Below, piece by piece: positions 23,269 to 36,931 of a stretch of DNA of 64,000 bases. Position 1 is the stretch's first letter. Every line of letters begins with the position of its first letter. The position numbers and the translations under genes are program-made. The DNA is from Microthyrium microscopicum. Lineage: Eukaryota. The stretch spans positions 739,340-803,339 of the forward strand of contig MU004243.1 of NCBI GenBank assembly GCA_010405405.1, read 5' to 3'. The notes beneath the pieces were generated by a model. That model did not search any database and was not told the origin of the DNA. It worked only from the letters and a program-made list of their open reading frames with translations.

Positions 23269-24226
23269 ATGACAATGTCTAGACTTAATGTAGCTATACA
23301 TCTTTTTCTACAGGCATCTACTCTCAGGACGACGATAGCTCAGGACAATCTTCTTGCCCCCCTCTACATCGACAACGTTGAGTTCTTGGCAGCTTCATCA
23401 AATCTTGCGAACGTTTCGTTCCCAATCCTCCAGACTGCGTTGAAGTCTCCAAATGCAACGAACGAGTCTTTCTTCACTGGTTATGATTGGACGAAGCCTT
23501 TTCCTGGTTCTGCTATCGATGGCCACGGAGCCCATCTTCGTGTCGCGTTCGACATTCCCATTCCCGATAACATTTTGGAAAATGCAACAACAGCTGTAAG
23601 CTCCCTCACTTTCAGTATCCCGAATAAAATGTCAGGGAATGACGGTGCTCCTACAGCCATGGACCCCTCCTGGTACATTTGCCGACACATTTTTGTTACC
23701 GACAAGGTGAATCATACCACTGTTGGCAAGGGAGGCGACTCTTGTGGTTTTCTCACCTCTGAATGTAAAGAAGACTTGAAGGGCAACCTCACCCAAGGTT
23801 GGATGAAAACAGACGACAGTACTCCTTGCTCCGGTCTGGCGCTTGATCCTATACCGCAAAGTTGCATTGGCTCATTTGGGTTCGCTCGCGCTGACGTGAT
23901 TGGTAAGTGTTGGCTAAAAAGTGAAAGCTGCCGGAACAACACTTCTAACATTTACTGCAGCTTTCGACTCGAGCTATATGGCGGACGCGGCACAGGCGAA
24001 GCTTTTAGCTGTGGATGAGCAGAATCAGAATAATTGGAGGATTGGAACCGGTTATCACGACAAAGGGAGTCAAGCTGCCTATGACACGGCCAATAACCGA
24101 ACATTTCTTCTTGTTAATGTTTGGGGTTATAGCGAGAAGCTTCCTCAAGGAAACCGAAAAACTCCAGATGCCACACTCTCATGTTTGTCTACGAAAACCA
24201 ATGCTACAAATCCGAAAGATGAATAA
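23269..24226 (+). CDS. Secreted Cys-containing hypothetical protein
   Basis: Signal-like N-terminus, many N-glycosylation sequons, several Cys; intron 23903-23960 joins ORFs 23236 and 23921. Confidence 0.75.
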
Positions 24227-24738
24227 CTTTAGATTTCAGTCGCTGAATGGTTGTTTTTTTTATCTATGACTGTACTGAGTCGAGAAGCACTGGTGTGTAA
24301 AGTAGGAAATTGGAATGAAAACTTCTAGTGAGGAACGAATCAGCTCTTCATTTGTAATATAGAGTAAGCATGGGGCAAACTTTCCATCATCGAATTAGGA
24401 ATCAAAACGTCATTGACGTGTAAAAAGGTTAAAGAGTTTACCTGGCAGCGCTGGACTCTGGAGGCCCATTTCGAAGACAACCTTGAATTTTTCATCGTGC
24501 GGTAGTAGCCACTGTTTGGCTCGCATTTGTACTTCGGAAAGCTTTAGTATCACAGGAGGCAACCTCAAGAAAATCACTGTCTGGCTGGTTTCTCGACAAG
24601 ATCCTCACGCAAAGATGATTGCGAAGATTAAGAAAAATTGGCAAATATGATGAGAATAATATGATGTTTCCAAAAATTTAGTGAGCAGTAGTATAAGCCA
24701 GCCAGTAGATTCGGACCACAAATTAACCAAGACCGAAT

Positions 24739-25349
24739 TTACATTATTCGAGAACGCTTGTGGGCCCTGTCGGGTGACACAACGTAGACACCTATATTTC
24801 CATTTCCTCCAGCAGCTTGGTATCCTACATTCCAAAGTTAGATGGTCAAGAAATGTTGGAGGTGCTTATCAACTTACCTCCAACTCGTCCATTATTGTTG
24901 CAGTTGTCAATGACCCATCTTACGGCACTGGCCACATCTCTACAGTAGGACCTCTCGGCCTTCCGATCACGGCTCATGCCCATCACTACTGCATCTCCTA
25001 CTTGGCAGAATATGGAGTGGGATGTTGCGTCTGGCACCTCACAAGCTGTCGTGCCTTTGCTCAGAAGAAAATGGTAACAATTCTCTGCGTTCCCGGCATC
25101 TACAGTAGTACCGTAAAGGCAGGAGGAATCAAGTTGCGTTGTCACATTCCAACCATTAGTTTGTACTAGCACATTTGTAGATACCGGTGCTTGCGAGCTT
25201 GCGATCGAAGACGCCGCTGCATAAGTTGACATTGTATCTGCATGCGCCACTGTAAAGGGGGAGGCAGCCACCGAATTTGCAGTCACTGTGGCTAGTGTAA
25301 AGATTGTATAAACCCAGGCCTTGGTGCGAACAGCTTTTTGGAATGCCAT
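24739..25349 (-). CDS. Small secreted Cys-rich protein (possible KP4/Ecp2-like fold)
   Basis: Hydrophobic leader; 6 Cys; SYCRDVASAVRWVIDNC..GRVGG; intron 24825-24877; last exon YQAAGGNGNIGVYVV..RIM*. Confidence 0.75.
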
Positions 25350-26183
25350 TTTCGACAAATTGAAGTGATTACGAAATGAGAAAAGATAGCTTTTATTTTT
25401 TATGATACTTGAAAACCTTCTCTACCTTACTGGGCCACTTATAGCAGCTCCTGTGCAGGAGAGTGGGATAACTACTGTCTGGGTTAACGTAACGCTTACA
25501 ATGATCTACAGAATTAGCTTTGATTAAGAAATCTAATGCTGTTCCAACTCAGGATCAGTACCGCTTCAGGCTTAACATGTGGTACGTGATGCTATACCGG
25601 CTTCAAGGTGTTGTTAGCTTGCAAGCGGCGATGGAAAGTATTGCGTCCAAAATACATGTACTAGGATTTATACTGTGCCGCCCACACCTACACGCCGCTC
25701 ATACTGCTCCAGGCGACGTTTCTCTATCCTTACTTTCCAGCAATCTTCTTAGCCTACTTTCTCAATCCTATTCAAATCCCAATGTACTTTACGACAGATC
25801 AAGTTTGTGTCATATCTCAAGCACAGGATTATAGCCTTGCTAAGATCATTGACTTCCCAAATACCGTGCGGAGCTTCTTCAGAAGCCTCTCATACATTGG
25901 CTGCAATTTGAGAGGCATCACCTATCAATCAGGCAGGTAGTAATTAACAGGATCACTGAGTGAGAGGACTGCCAGCTGTATAGGATTTCATGAGACGAGT
26001 CGAAATATGTCAAGACTTCAAATTTATAAATTATCCTAGACATATCACGCGATCTTCCAAAACCGTTGTGTATAAAAAGGGAATCTCCATTGAGTTTCAA
26101 GTAATCATTCAGCAACAACTTTCCACCTCAACGATCAATCCAACCGTTTTACATTTCGACCTCCTAACCAAGAAAACTACAAA

Positions 26184-26467
26184 ATGCACGCTTCCATTAT
26201 TTCCGCATTCTTTCTGTCACTTATGGCTTCGGTGAGCTCCTTTCTCAGCACACTTTTATCATCTGGACTCTAATCATATAGTAGGCTGCGCCAACCGGTT
26301 GTACGCAGTACACCGTAAAGGACGGCGACTATTGTTCAGGCATTGCCAACGCAAATGGCATCACTCTCCAGCAATTTTATGACTACAACGGCGGAAATGG
26401 CAAGTTTGGAGGCGCCGATTGCCCTTCTCTTTGGGTTGGCACCGTTGTTTGCGTCTCCGCTCCCTAG
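26184..26467 (+). CDS. Minimal secreted single-LysM protein (76 aa), absent from the ORF track
   Basis: Intron 26232-26284; MHASIISAFFLSLMASA-APTGCTQYTVKDGDYCSGIANANGITLQQFYDYN..DCPSLWVGTVVCVSAP; TATAAAA ~110 nt upstream. Confidence 0.9.
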
Positions 26468-27435
26468 AGTAACACTATAACGAGAATTCGCTAGTAATAT
26501 AGGTGGACATGTACTTTTGAGACACTCTACGAATTAGGTCTTGCTTACTGGCTCAAGAATCTCTATCAATCAAGTTATTCTCTATCTATATGTTGCTAGT
26601 CTACAGAATACCATGCAAGGTTTTGAACTTTGGAGTGCCTGCACGGATACCTACCTAGTAATATGTAGCTTACACCATATTGTGTTCACGATGATAATGA
26701 GGCTTGCGTTGTCTGGATATACTCAAATTCTTTGTAGCCTCTAGAGAGCTCTAGTGTAATCTCATCTTGACACTGTTTCGGTAAGCCTAGATAAGTTGCT
26801 CATATCGACGGTTATAAGTACTGAACTCAATGGCATGGCAAAATAAATGGCGTACTCCCATCGGTTCTAATGGCTACCACCAGCGCTGCTAACCAAAAGG
26901 TGCTTTAATCCCCATCGTATCTGATAAATATTCCCAATGCGAACGCCCTTTATGGCAAATAAAGCACTTGATAATAGACCGTAGCGTCTAGGCGCCATCA
27001 GAGTTGATGGGAGTACGCCATTTATTTTGCCATGCCATTGTGAACTGTCTGCAAAGCTAAGCTGGAGCCGTGAACAGATCGCGATGACATGATAAAAGAG
27101 CTCATTCAACAAATTTCCAAATCAGTAAGAGCATTCGCTATCTCTAGGCTCATAGACGATACGCTCTGACCAGATGGCTTTATATATGTTACATAAAGGC
27201 GAACCCTGAGGATTCAACGCAGAGAGGGCTTGTTCGTCATGGAGTGAGCCTCTTTTCGTAGGAATGCTCACGTACAGGCTGTGAAAAGTTTCCTATTCAT
27301 CCCAATCCTCGGTCTCACTTTCATCGCCTCTATAAGAACTTTCAACATACCCACCTACGACCTTCTGTCTTTTATAAGTATTTGGTCTCTGCGTCGAACA
27401 ATTAGCCATAAAACCACAAAAACCATTCAATAGTT

Positions 27436-29828
27436 TCAACTTACAGGCCCAACATTGCCATCCGTATTCTTCAACTCCTTCATCTTATAACACTTCTCCA
27501 TCACCTCCTCACCCGTCCCGTTAGGCAACGTCAAGATCCCGAACTCAATGATGCCCTGGAACCCACTCGAATACTCACTCGAGCCATAAAACCCAATGAT
27601 CTCCTCATCTGGGCCACCCTCCAGAGCATGGACTTGAACATCGTCACCCCATCCCCTATTCTGGTTCAATTCGCCCCAAGACGAGCCATCGGAAGCATGC
27701 ATGCGCATACCTAGTAGTTCATGACCTTGAGATGTAATCTCAACTTTGGTGATTTTGGTATTGGCATCGATACTGTGACTTTCGCTTGCGTGGCCGCCAA
27801 AATGGTGGTCATGTCCATGGCGATTCCAACGAGGACCACATGGAACTACGGTGCCGTCTGAGTAGGTCACTGTAGCGCCGTCAAGGATTATGCCCACTCG
27901 ACAGTCTATGGACTTTGCGAAGACGGCTGTGGGTTGACTTGTTAGTGAGCGTTCGCCTTGGTTTCACACCCCACCTTGTGGTAAATGGTAGTGAATGAAA
28001 GGAAAAACTTACTTTCGCCATTTTTCTTCTTGTCCTTGAGCAATACTGCCCACTCCCATTTTTGAATGTTGTCAACTTCAGCTTTCTCACAAGAGACGCT
28101 CTTCTTGGAGATGGTGACGTTTGTTCCTGGAATGCGAATGTAGGAGACACTAGAGAACTGTTTCCAGACGTCTTTGATGGTCTTTTCTTTGCCATTCATG
28201 CCCAAAATATGCATCTTGAGATTTTCTGTACGATCGAAACGTGCCTCCAATTCGGCAAGAGAAAATGAGACTGATTCTGCGGGGTTAGTCACAGTTGGAG
28301 CTTGCTCATCAGCATCTCCAAATTGAATTCTTGCAATGCCAAGAGAACCACAGCTGACAGTAAATCGAGGACTTTCTGAGTTCTCGGCGTCAATTATCAA
28401 ACTCGGCAGAGCTTCTCTGTCTTTTCGGCTTAGGAGTGGATCACCAGGTAATCGGAAATGAGATTGATGCTTAAAGGACAAAGCATCCAGAAGATTCCAG
28501 CGAGCTGTGTTGTCAGTATCATTGTTTACGACTTCGAGGCCAGGGGTTTTCCTGGAAGTACAGTACTGGGTGAACGGCAAGAAGTTGCGTGGCCAGTGAA
28601 CGGGGTATCCACGTTCCATAATACCCTCTCTGTGAGGAAAGCCGAATGCGTGGCCGACTTCATGTAGAAATGCTCCTTGGCCGACAGAGCAGGCTTCCCA
28701 CATGCTTGTACACTCACCTGCATCGTTGCACACCATACTTCCTGGAGCGCGCCCGTCTGTCAAACAACCTGCAACTTCCTCCAGGAATCGCGGCCATGAA
28801 TATGTCAAATGGCTTCCCATCATGCCAAGGGATATACCCTGAGCATTATGGGCACCAAGTGCAGCATGTGCAAGAAGCAGGTCCTGATCCACGGAATAGT
28901 GAGAGTCCAAGATCAGACCGGCGACAATCGGATGAGCCTCTGGGTCAAATGCGCCGCCTTGATTCTGGAGGGCGGCAGTGAAGTATTGGTGCAGAGCCTG
29001 GTCGTTGCGAGCATGGGGATTTTGCTGTGCAACATTGGGATCGCGTAGTTCTTTAGTGGTCTTGTCTGATCGTACCACATTGACTTTCGCCGTGGATCGC
29101 ATAGCGGAGCTCGTGCTGTCATCGTGGGACAAGCGGCCATCGGCAGCAGCGCTCAAGAACTCGCGAGACACAGTGTCTAGAGCCCATTCTTCGTCGAACC
29201 GGAAGGATCGTCGGCCAAGTCCTTTCAATCGCATGTCTTCAGCTGTGAGGGCTTGCCACATGTAAGCAGTCATACGGAACTTGGCAATTGCGGCTTGAAA
29301 GTCGCTATGTGTTGTCGAGAGACCACCGGCTTTGGATGGCGGACAGTCGATGATGAGCGGAGAGTCTTTGGCGACCATTATGGCAAGGTGCAATGGTGGT
29401 GTTTGGAGAAGAGGAATGTAGTTTAGACGCACAACCAGATCAAGGACTTTGAAAGCAGACGAATCGGGACTGTCAGCTGTTGAGCCGAGAGACAAGGTGA
29501 ATTCATTGCATCCTGGAGACAGAAACACTAGAGCTTTGAAATGGTTGCAAGCCAGCGGGTATGACTGAGATGGGAAAAGTTCTTCGCCTGAAGTTGAAGT
29601 GGTTTTGATGGCAATGAAGTTCTCAACGGAGTCATTCGCAATGGCTTGAACATTTTCAATATGTCCGACTAATAGAAGGCAACGCTATGGAATCGAATCA
29701 GCTTGAGATATCACAAGGAATCGAGTTGTGAAAGTTACTTGGTAAATTGTCTCATCATGTTCAACATTGTCGAGCTTTAATTCTGCTTGCTTTGCCTCAG
29801 CTGAGTTTCGATACAGAGATAATTTCAT
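27436..29828 (-). CDS. Putative zinc metallopeptidase with C-terminal jacalin-like domain (YIL108W-like)
   Basis: GAFLHEVGHAFG zincin motif, AYMWQALTAE, LGRRSFRFDEEW; C-terminal IIGFYG beta-prism-like motifs; introns 29685-29738 and 27927-28012. Confidence 0.85.
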
Positions 29829-30701
29829 GGTGATTTCGTGATTGGAGAACTTGAAGGTTGTGAATTAGCAGCTCGAAAGCTCCAAAGATATTGTTCTACG
29901 TTTGAAGAAGAGAGATATAGTGCGAAACTGATTGTCAAAGGCTAACTCAGTACTCTGCGGTTGATGAATTGTCAAATGGAAATGCGATGTATCAAAGGAC
30001 TTTATACATGTTCAGCGCGTTGGCAATTCATGAAATTAATGGGTTAATAGGGGTTGATGCCTGTTAGTTGTCAATATTGATCCATAAAAGGAGGTTGGAA
30101 GCCTGCACTAGATCGCTCCTTCTCTAGGCACGCATGGTATTACAATCGCATGACAAAATAAGTGACGTTCTCCCATCAACTTCGCTGGCTTCCACGAAAG
30201 CTTTTAATTAAGAGGTGTTATACTTTCCATCGCATTTGATAAACTATTCAAGTCTGGACGCTATATATGATAAATTAAGTACTCGATACCAAAGCGTGTT
30301 GTGTAGGAGCTCTCGAAGTCGATGAGGGCACGCCATTTATTTTGTCCATCGGTTGGTATTAATAGTCCCGATGCAGATCATCACCATTCTGGGCCTAGCG
30401 TGTCAAGTCGGGTCTGTTGTTTTTACAGCAACTTCATGTCTTCATTATCTTCCAATTGAATGACCCCACCTTGGAAAGCCAGGAAAAGTAGCTGATGAGG
30501 GTTCTTGAAAGCATCATCAGCTGCTAGCCTGGACTGTCTACCTAGGTTGATGACCACATCTCTAATCATCAGCTTCATATCCTTCTACGAGACCTGCCCC
30601 CATAGCTTTGTGCTGATCTCTAGATAATCGAAACCTTTTTATCCTGTATTTGCATACCTGCGTGGACTTCGAAGGGGCAATTGCCTGCTCCGATAGGCCC
30701 A

Positions 30702-31784
30702 ATGGTTCAATTGCGGCTCATTTGGCTTATTTGGCTGGCGTCCCTGTTCTTTTCAAGTCCTTCATTTGCAGTCAAGCGAACTAAATTCCAACACTGGTTC
30801 CCAGAGTATGAACAACGCTGGACCAAAGCTGTGAATGGTCCTTGCCAACAGAAAGTGACCAACTATATTCTCAATGATCGAACAAACTGCAGCGCTCCCT
30901 GCGCGTGTGCTGCCGATTGCATTCTGCAAAACACCACAGCTTCTATGCAATCTCAATTTGCTTTAGCTCAAGTACTCCTTGGTCTTGTACCAGTCATTCT
31001 AGCTTTCATTGGCCCAACTATCGCAGAGGTGGCAGTCTTATCAACATATCGACCGGTGCTGGCGATTCTGCTTGGGATAGGATCCCCAGCTGTGAACATA
31101 CTAAGAGCAGTGAAGAATGTTGATGTACGCGAGCCGTTGGAAGGATCACAGTCAGCTATCTCTCAGGCTTGGTCAAAGTGGCTTGCGAATCAGACCGTGG
31201 CTGCTCAACTCTGTATGAAAACTGTGACATACTTGTTGGCACTTGGTGCCGTTTACAACAACATCCGAACATCTATCTATACAGATTTGCGAATTATCTC
31301 TGGCTGGAGGTGCGGGGCGGTTTATATGCCACTTGCTTGGAGTATGCTCGCTGTCATCGTTCATGGCTGGGGTATGATAGCAATTCGCGTTCGACTAGGG
31401 ACATTGTCGTTGCCATCACTGAAATCAGCCATGCAATCGGATGCCTTCAAGCTGATAAGTACGACAGAGGACAACAGTATCTCAGAAGCTTTGTTTTGGG
31501 TAGCTTCCGTTTGCGCGGTCGTCCATATGACCTATGGTGTGCTAGTCCTGTCTTCTCTGATCTTTATTGGCGCTCTAGAGGCTTTGCAAGTTCTTGTACT
31601 ATACGCCGTCTCTGCTGTTGTGTGTCAGTTTATTCTCCTCTCGGAAATCGCCACTATGAAAAACGACTTGCTCGAGAATCCAGTCACGTCTGGCACTACC
31701 GGTCAAACGCGGGTTCCTAAAACTAGCCAAACTTCACCTCGCGATGCTTTCCGGAACGAACTTATAAGACCGCATTCACTATGA
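30702..31784 (+). CDS. Multi-pass membrane protein with signal peptide and short Cys-containing N-terminal domain
   Basis: ~360-aa ORF; leader peptide, CSAPCACAADCIL, about six hydrophobic segments. Confidence 0.75.
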   Translation: MVQLRLIWLIWLASLFFSSPSFAVKRTKFQHWFPEYEQRWTKAVNGPCQQKVTNYILNDRTNCSAPCACAADCILQNTTASMQSQFALAQVLLGLVPVILAFIGPTIAEVAVLSTYRPVLAILLGIGSPAVNILRAVKNVDVREPLEGSQSAISQAWSKWLANQTVAAQLCMKTVTYLLALGAVYNNIRTSIYTDLRIISGWRCGAVYMPLAWSMLAVIVHGWGMIAIRVRLGTLSLPSLKSAMQSDAFKLISTTEDNSISEALFWVASVCAVVHMTYGVLVLSSLIFIGALEALQVLVLYAVSAVVCQFILLSEIATMKNDLLENPVTSGTTGQTRVPKTSQTSPRDAFRNELIRPHSL

Positions 31785-32664
31785 TCTAGGAGTCATTCTG
31801 TATCTCAAATCCCATGATTTCAAGGAGAGAAAATCCAATCTTGTGAAGTTATCACACAGTTGAATAAATTGTCGCCCTCCCAGCGATTGCGATGGCTCCC
31901 ATCTGACACGTAACTGAGCAAATTTCGTGAATGATAAGGAATTCGCAACCAGTCGCTCCCACATCCTTGCTCTCGATGCCTCCCCGAGACAGCCTCCCAG
32001 GTATCTTGAAAATTTGAGGTATACATTGATCGTCTTGAAAGGGATGTTATTTCAAGAAGAACAATGCCATTGTCATTGCTCTCGTGCTTCGTTGCCGTCG
32101 AGTCTAAGGATTTGTTTGAGTAGCTTTGCAATGGATTGGAAAGCATCATGATGTTCATGCCACCTCGATGTCTTTAAGGACCTGTACGTCGGAGAGACAG
32201 ACCTATCAGGTAGCTTGACTTATTATTTGCTTGTCATAGTTGCCTCTACTGAATTTGAGATTAGCAGCCGCTCTTTGAGCCCAAAGTTTCTTTCCAATAT
32301 TAAAATGACATACCATTCTCCATCCATATGGCTTTGTCTCGATTGATTGTGCATAAAGAGGAATGCCTGAAGTGCTGCTATGTCATCCATGTCGTATTCT
32401 AAGCGAGCTAACAAAGGATCACTACATGTTTTTCGAGCCTTTGTCCCAACGTGCAAAGGCCCTGGAGCACGAGTCTTTTGGTACATCACCGACTCTTCAC
32501 TTTCCGAGTCTATTTATTCCATCAACTTTTGCGACATCCAAAGACAGTATCAAGATTTCTTCCACTATCCGCCCCAAACCATACTAAGAAACTTTGGTAA
32601 GCTCTTTGAAGAAAACACAAACACATAGAACCTGCAAATACATACCTCAAGTTCAAAGCCTGCA

Positions 32665-33549
32665 ATGTCTGACGACGATTCAGCCTTTACCATACGGGGC
32701 TATCGTATCACGGAAGTCAATCCCCGAACAGAGCGTATCACTCTACATAATGGTAACAGCGGCCTTTTTCTACTGCCAGCAGAAGTCCGCGTCCAGATTT
32801 GGGAACTGCTGGAAATTGATTCGGAGCACACTGGCCGCCAAAACACGAGAACTATCGTGGGTCAGGATTTGACGCGACTCAGCCTAGTTTGTCGAGCTTT
32901 GTTCATTGATTTCCGCATACATCGTATCCCTAGAACATTTCAAGACGTAAGGGTTCCGCTTCATCGGCTATTAGTGCCTGGTGACGCCTTAAATACTCTG
33001 GCAAACAATCTCAGAAGGTTTCAGACACCACCTGCCTACTTTGAAGCAATCACCCACATGTCCCTCCGCCTGACTCCAGATCCCGAATATTCAGTACGTC
33101 AGTCGCGACACCATCTTCATGCTCGGCACTTTGGTGAAAACGTATCTGCAATGGTACGCTTGTTAGTGAACACTTTACCAAATCTGCGTGACCTCGTTGT
33201 TCTCCCATACTGTCTTCCATTCAATAGGAACTTACATGTCGAGCAGCAGGACCACTACATGCCAACAACCGCCATTCTTGGACGTGTACTTCAAGATCTG
33301 CGACGTTTGGTTATGGGCGGACGCCATATCATGGTTCGGAATATGCAGGTTCGAGTATATCATCCCACCGGCAACAATCGGCCACGACCAGCAGGTGCCC
33401 TCCGTTTCCGGCCAGAAGAGCATATTATTGGGGCCACTACGTGGAACCATCCTGAGCTTCTAACTATCACTATAATGGTGGATGCTGACCAAATTACTGA
33501 TCCTGCACTTAGCGTTTGGGGAGAAACAATACTTAGGTATACTCGGTAA
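32665..33549 (+). CDS. Hypothetical protein with F-box/2EXR-like N-terminal motif
   Basis: 294-aa ORF; LFLLPAEVRVQIWELL..LSLVCRAL; LPNLRDL. Confidence 0.6.
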   Translation: MSDDDSAFTIRGYRITEVNPRTERITLHNGNSGLFLLPAEVRVQIWELLEIDSEHTGRQNTRTIVGQDLTRLSLVCRALFIDFRIHRIPRTFQDVRVPLHRLLVPGDALNTLANNLRRFQTPPAYFEAITHMSLRLTPDPEYSVRQSRHHLHARHFGENVSAMVRLLVNTLPNLRDLVVLPYCLPFNRNLHVEQQDHYMPTTAILGRVLQDLRRLVMGGRHIMVRNMQVRVYHPTGNNRPRPAGALRFRPEEHIIGATTWNHPELLTITIMVDADQITDPALSVWGETILRYTR

Positions 33550-33886
33550 GCAGGATGGTAATGGATATGGGAGGACGAGGCTTATAGCTTGGTATGTATC
33601 TCCTCAACGCCCTCCTTCGTCCCCTTTCCAGCCCAGAATAAGATGGGAATAGGGGATAACAACGGCGTTGCTGGTCCGGAGAGTATTTGAGTAGATTTTG
33701 CAATAGAAAATGCTGTTATGAAGAAAACGATCATACTTCCTAAGATCATCATCTTCATCGAGTGATTCGAAAGTTGCACGCCTGAAATCGATATTAACAC
33801 CCCGTTCATAAAAACATTCAAATGGAGACCAATTCGGGTCGACGTCCACATAACATACCCCCATACCTAGCACATCTCTCGCAGCT

Positions 33887-36209
33887 TCAAACACCATACT
33901 CTCTCCCAAAAGCATTCCCACTGACCTCTCTTCCCAAGAAGCTCTTTAAGGTGTCAGCCGGCGCCTGCCTTCCACCAACCCCCAACACTAATTCGCGAAA
34001 TCTCATCCCCGTTGCACGGTTCTCTCCACCGCCGACTTCTTTGCTATCTTTCTCCCCTCCACCAACAAAGCCGGCAAACCCAACATCAAAAAGATCATGC
34101 GCAATGACCTGTGACAGCATATACGTATAATAACCTGCTCCATATCCAGCCACAATGGCCCTGAAACCCGTATATGCATGCTCATATCCCCACCGGTCTA
34201 TATTCTGGCCCCCATTTCCCGACGGTGGAGTAGGGGATAGCGTAAGATTAGCGAGCCCTGTGATGGCACTATGACTTTCCGTAAAGAACCTCACAAGGTT
34301 TTCATGGTGTAGAGATTCAGGGGTCTCAGGCATATGTATCGCCATATCAAACTTGGCATGCCAAATCCTCGTCAACTGGTTGAACACATCATGTTTACCC
34401 CCATCTCCCTCTAACCATTTGATTGGTATTTGTCTCTCCGGCTGTGTCTTACCGTGATGACTCGCCAACCAAGCAGCTTTGTAATCCTCATTAAGGTAGC
34501 TGTAGTGGCAAGAAATAGCTCGCATATGCTTGGGACTAGACAGGAAGCTCTCGAACATCATACCAATCGCTTCCGTGAAATCGCGGTCCCAGCTTGGCAT
34601 GTGTAGTGCCGCAGTTTTTGTGAGTGAGAGGAGACTGTGCATGGCGTGACCTAGTTCGTGGAAGAGTCGTTGGACGTGGCGATGAATCAGCAGGCTGGGT
34701 GTTGTGGTGGATGGGGATTGCATGTTCATCATTATGACAGATGCTGGATGGAGACGGGCGCCGGTAGGGCCAATGCTGCCCTGGAGATTTCGTTAGTAAT
34801 GCGGGGAACAGCAGAGAAGTGGATGGGAATAGAAGGAGAGGGGATGATGGAAGTGATGATGACTCAAGGCTGGAAAGGGGATAATAGAGGAGGAGTGTAC
34901 GTACTGGATTGAGGGCATAATGACCAAAGTGCTGATATTTGCCAGTACGTGGATACGGATCGATATATAACCATCCTATGAAGCTGTTGGTGCTATTTTG
35001 GGCATCCCATACAGTGTACATGGAGACTTCTGGATGCCATGTTTCGTTGAGCCGTGGCTGATAACGCTCAATGCGGATGGAGAAGAGACGTTGGAAAGTC
35101 TTGAAGTGCTCGGCGATGATGTGGTCGAGGGGAAAGTACTCCATGAGATCTTCCTGTCGGTATCCCTTGTCGGCATCCGTCATAATTCGGTCATAATACG
35201 CCTGATCCCATGCGTAGATAGTGCTACGCTCTTCGGGAGAGAGACATTCGGTCTGGGGGTCCACTTTCTTTAGTGCTAGATACTTGGTTCGCAGGTCTTG
35301 CATCTTAGGGGTGAACTTCTTTTGGAGGTTGTCAAGCATGCTGAGTACATTTTCCGGAGACTTCGTGGTTTTGTAATGCGTCTCAAGTGCAGCATGGTTA
35401 CGATGTCTGAGCAGTTTTGCTGCTTCATCGCGGAGGGCAAATATTCTTGGATACAGGTCGATATTTCCCGGCGCCCGCTGTCCTTTGAGAATAGAGGCAT
35501 GCTTTCTGGTCTCTGGACTTGTTGCAAACTTCTTGATCGGCAGTAAGTCGGGTTCTTTCGCAGTCACCCAGTACTTCGGGTCGACTTTCCCAACAGCTTC
35601 GTCCTGCTCCTTGGTAACTCTGGCCTCAAAGTAGCTAGCGGGAAGACCATCCAGTTGCTGTCGAGTAAACCAAGTTCCAGTGGTATCGGCGTCATGGTTT
35701 GCCATTGCTTCAGATATAAGCTCTTTGAGATCCTTGGAGATCTCAAAAAATCGGGCTTGTTTCTCCTTGTCGACGATAGTGAGTCCATTTTTCTCGAAAT
35801 TCTCGCGCAGACGGTTCATATAGAACTGATATTCCGGGTCCAGTAACTCTTTTTCTTTCTGCACGGCGCAGAATGCAGCGTAGAATTCCTTCTCTTGAAA
35901 TAAGTCACCTTCAATCTTTTCCATTGTTTTGCTTGCTTTTCGAGATTCATCCCGAAGAGCACTATTGGCTGATGACGTAGCATAAAATCCAAGGACTCGT
36001 TGCTCGCGAAGTCCGATTTTCTCCCATTCGATGAAAGGAAGAATGGTATTGTCGAAAGTATGATTCTCCGTTCGCTGGCATATCTGATCCACAATGGCCA
36101 CGAGGCGTGCAGTCCATTGTTCACAATGAGAAGCTATTTGTTGTGGCTCAGTGTGGAACTGGATGGGAGAGCATGGTGGGTCTGGCATATTAGCATTGAT
36201 ATCGACCAT
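33887..36209 (-). CDS. Peptidase family M3 (thimet oligopeptidase/saccharolysin-like)
   Basis: LFHELGHAMH, DFTEA, GYGAGYYTYM, YPRTGKY; intron 34781-34904. Confidence 0.92.
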
Positions 36210-36931
36210 GATGAATGAAACTTGGCTGAGAACATGGAGATTGTTCAAGCAAATACGCGGCGGATAGCACTCAATTTATAGGACACCAGCAGGTGCGGAG
36301 AAAGTTACTTCGCTAATACTACTGTCCTATGATTGAGCGTATGAGGATTTGGATGCTTTCGTAAGGTCGTTTAGATGCTTTGGTAATGGTGATCTTAACA
36401 GGGGTGGTTCATCCTTCGTGTTTTGAGCGAATCAGACCAACAAGAGGACTGACGACACGAGCTTTTTATCTGCTGATAAAAGTTGAATGCTGTCCGCGAG
36501 CAATCGTTGAGCGATAGGATTGATGTGATTCTGAACTTCCGGTAGAGAAATTGAGACGCGTAATATCCTTGCAGTCCGAGCTGTAGGCCTCCAAAAGCAG
36601 GGTTATTCGCAGATTTGAAGTGCTGATTTCCTGTAAATCAAGTCAACGGAATTCACTGAACCACAGAATCCCTAGAGTGGTATCACAGAAATCAAGAGTG
36701 TCGTAAATATTGTATATCTTAATTACTGACCAAATGCCAGCTTTTGAAATTGATGGCTCGCCATAACGCCTTTTCAGTCATGCACAATATTTATTCCAAG
36801 GCAGCGGTCATCGTGACAGTAGCACTTCCTATGAGTTCTTCCACCTATCGAATTCACATCCCACTTGCTGCTATACAGCATCAAGTCTACTGACAGACGG
36901 GGGGCGGTCTGTCTTTCTCCGAGGTCACCTT

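Noticed and set aside
33604..33921. 105-aa ORF overlapping the M3 peptidase stop
   Set aside because: Peptidase C-terminus is already complete (FLGRE); TTG start; likely 3' UTR.
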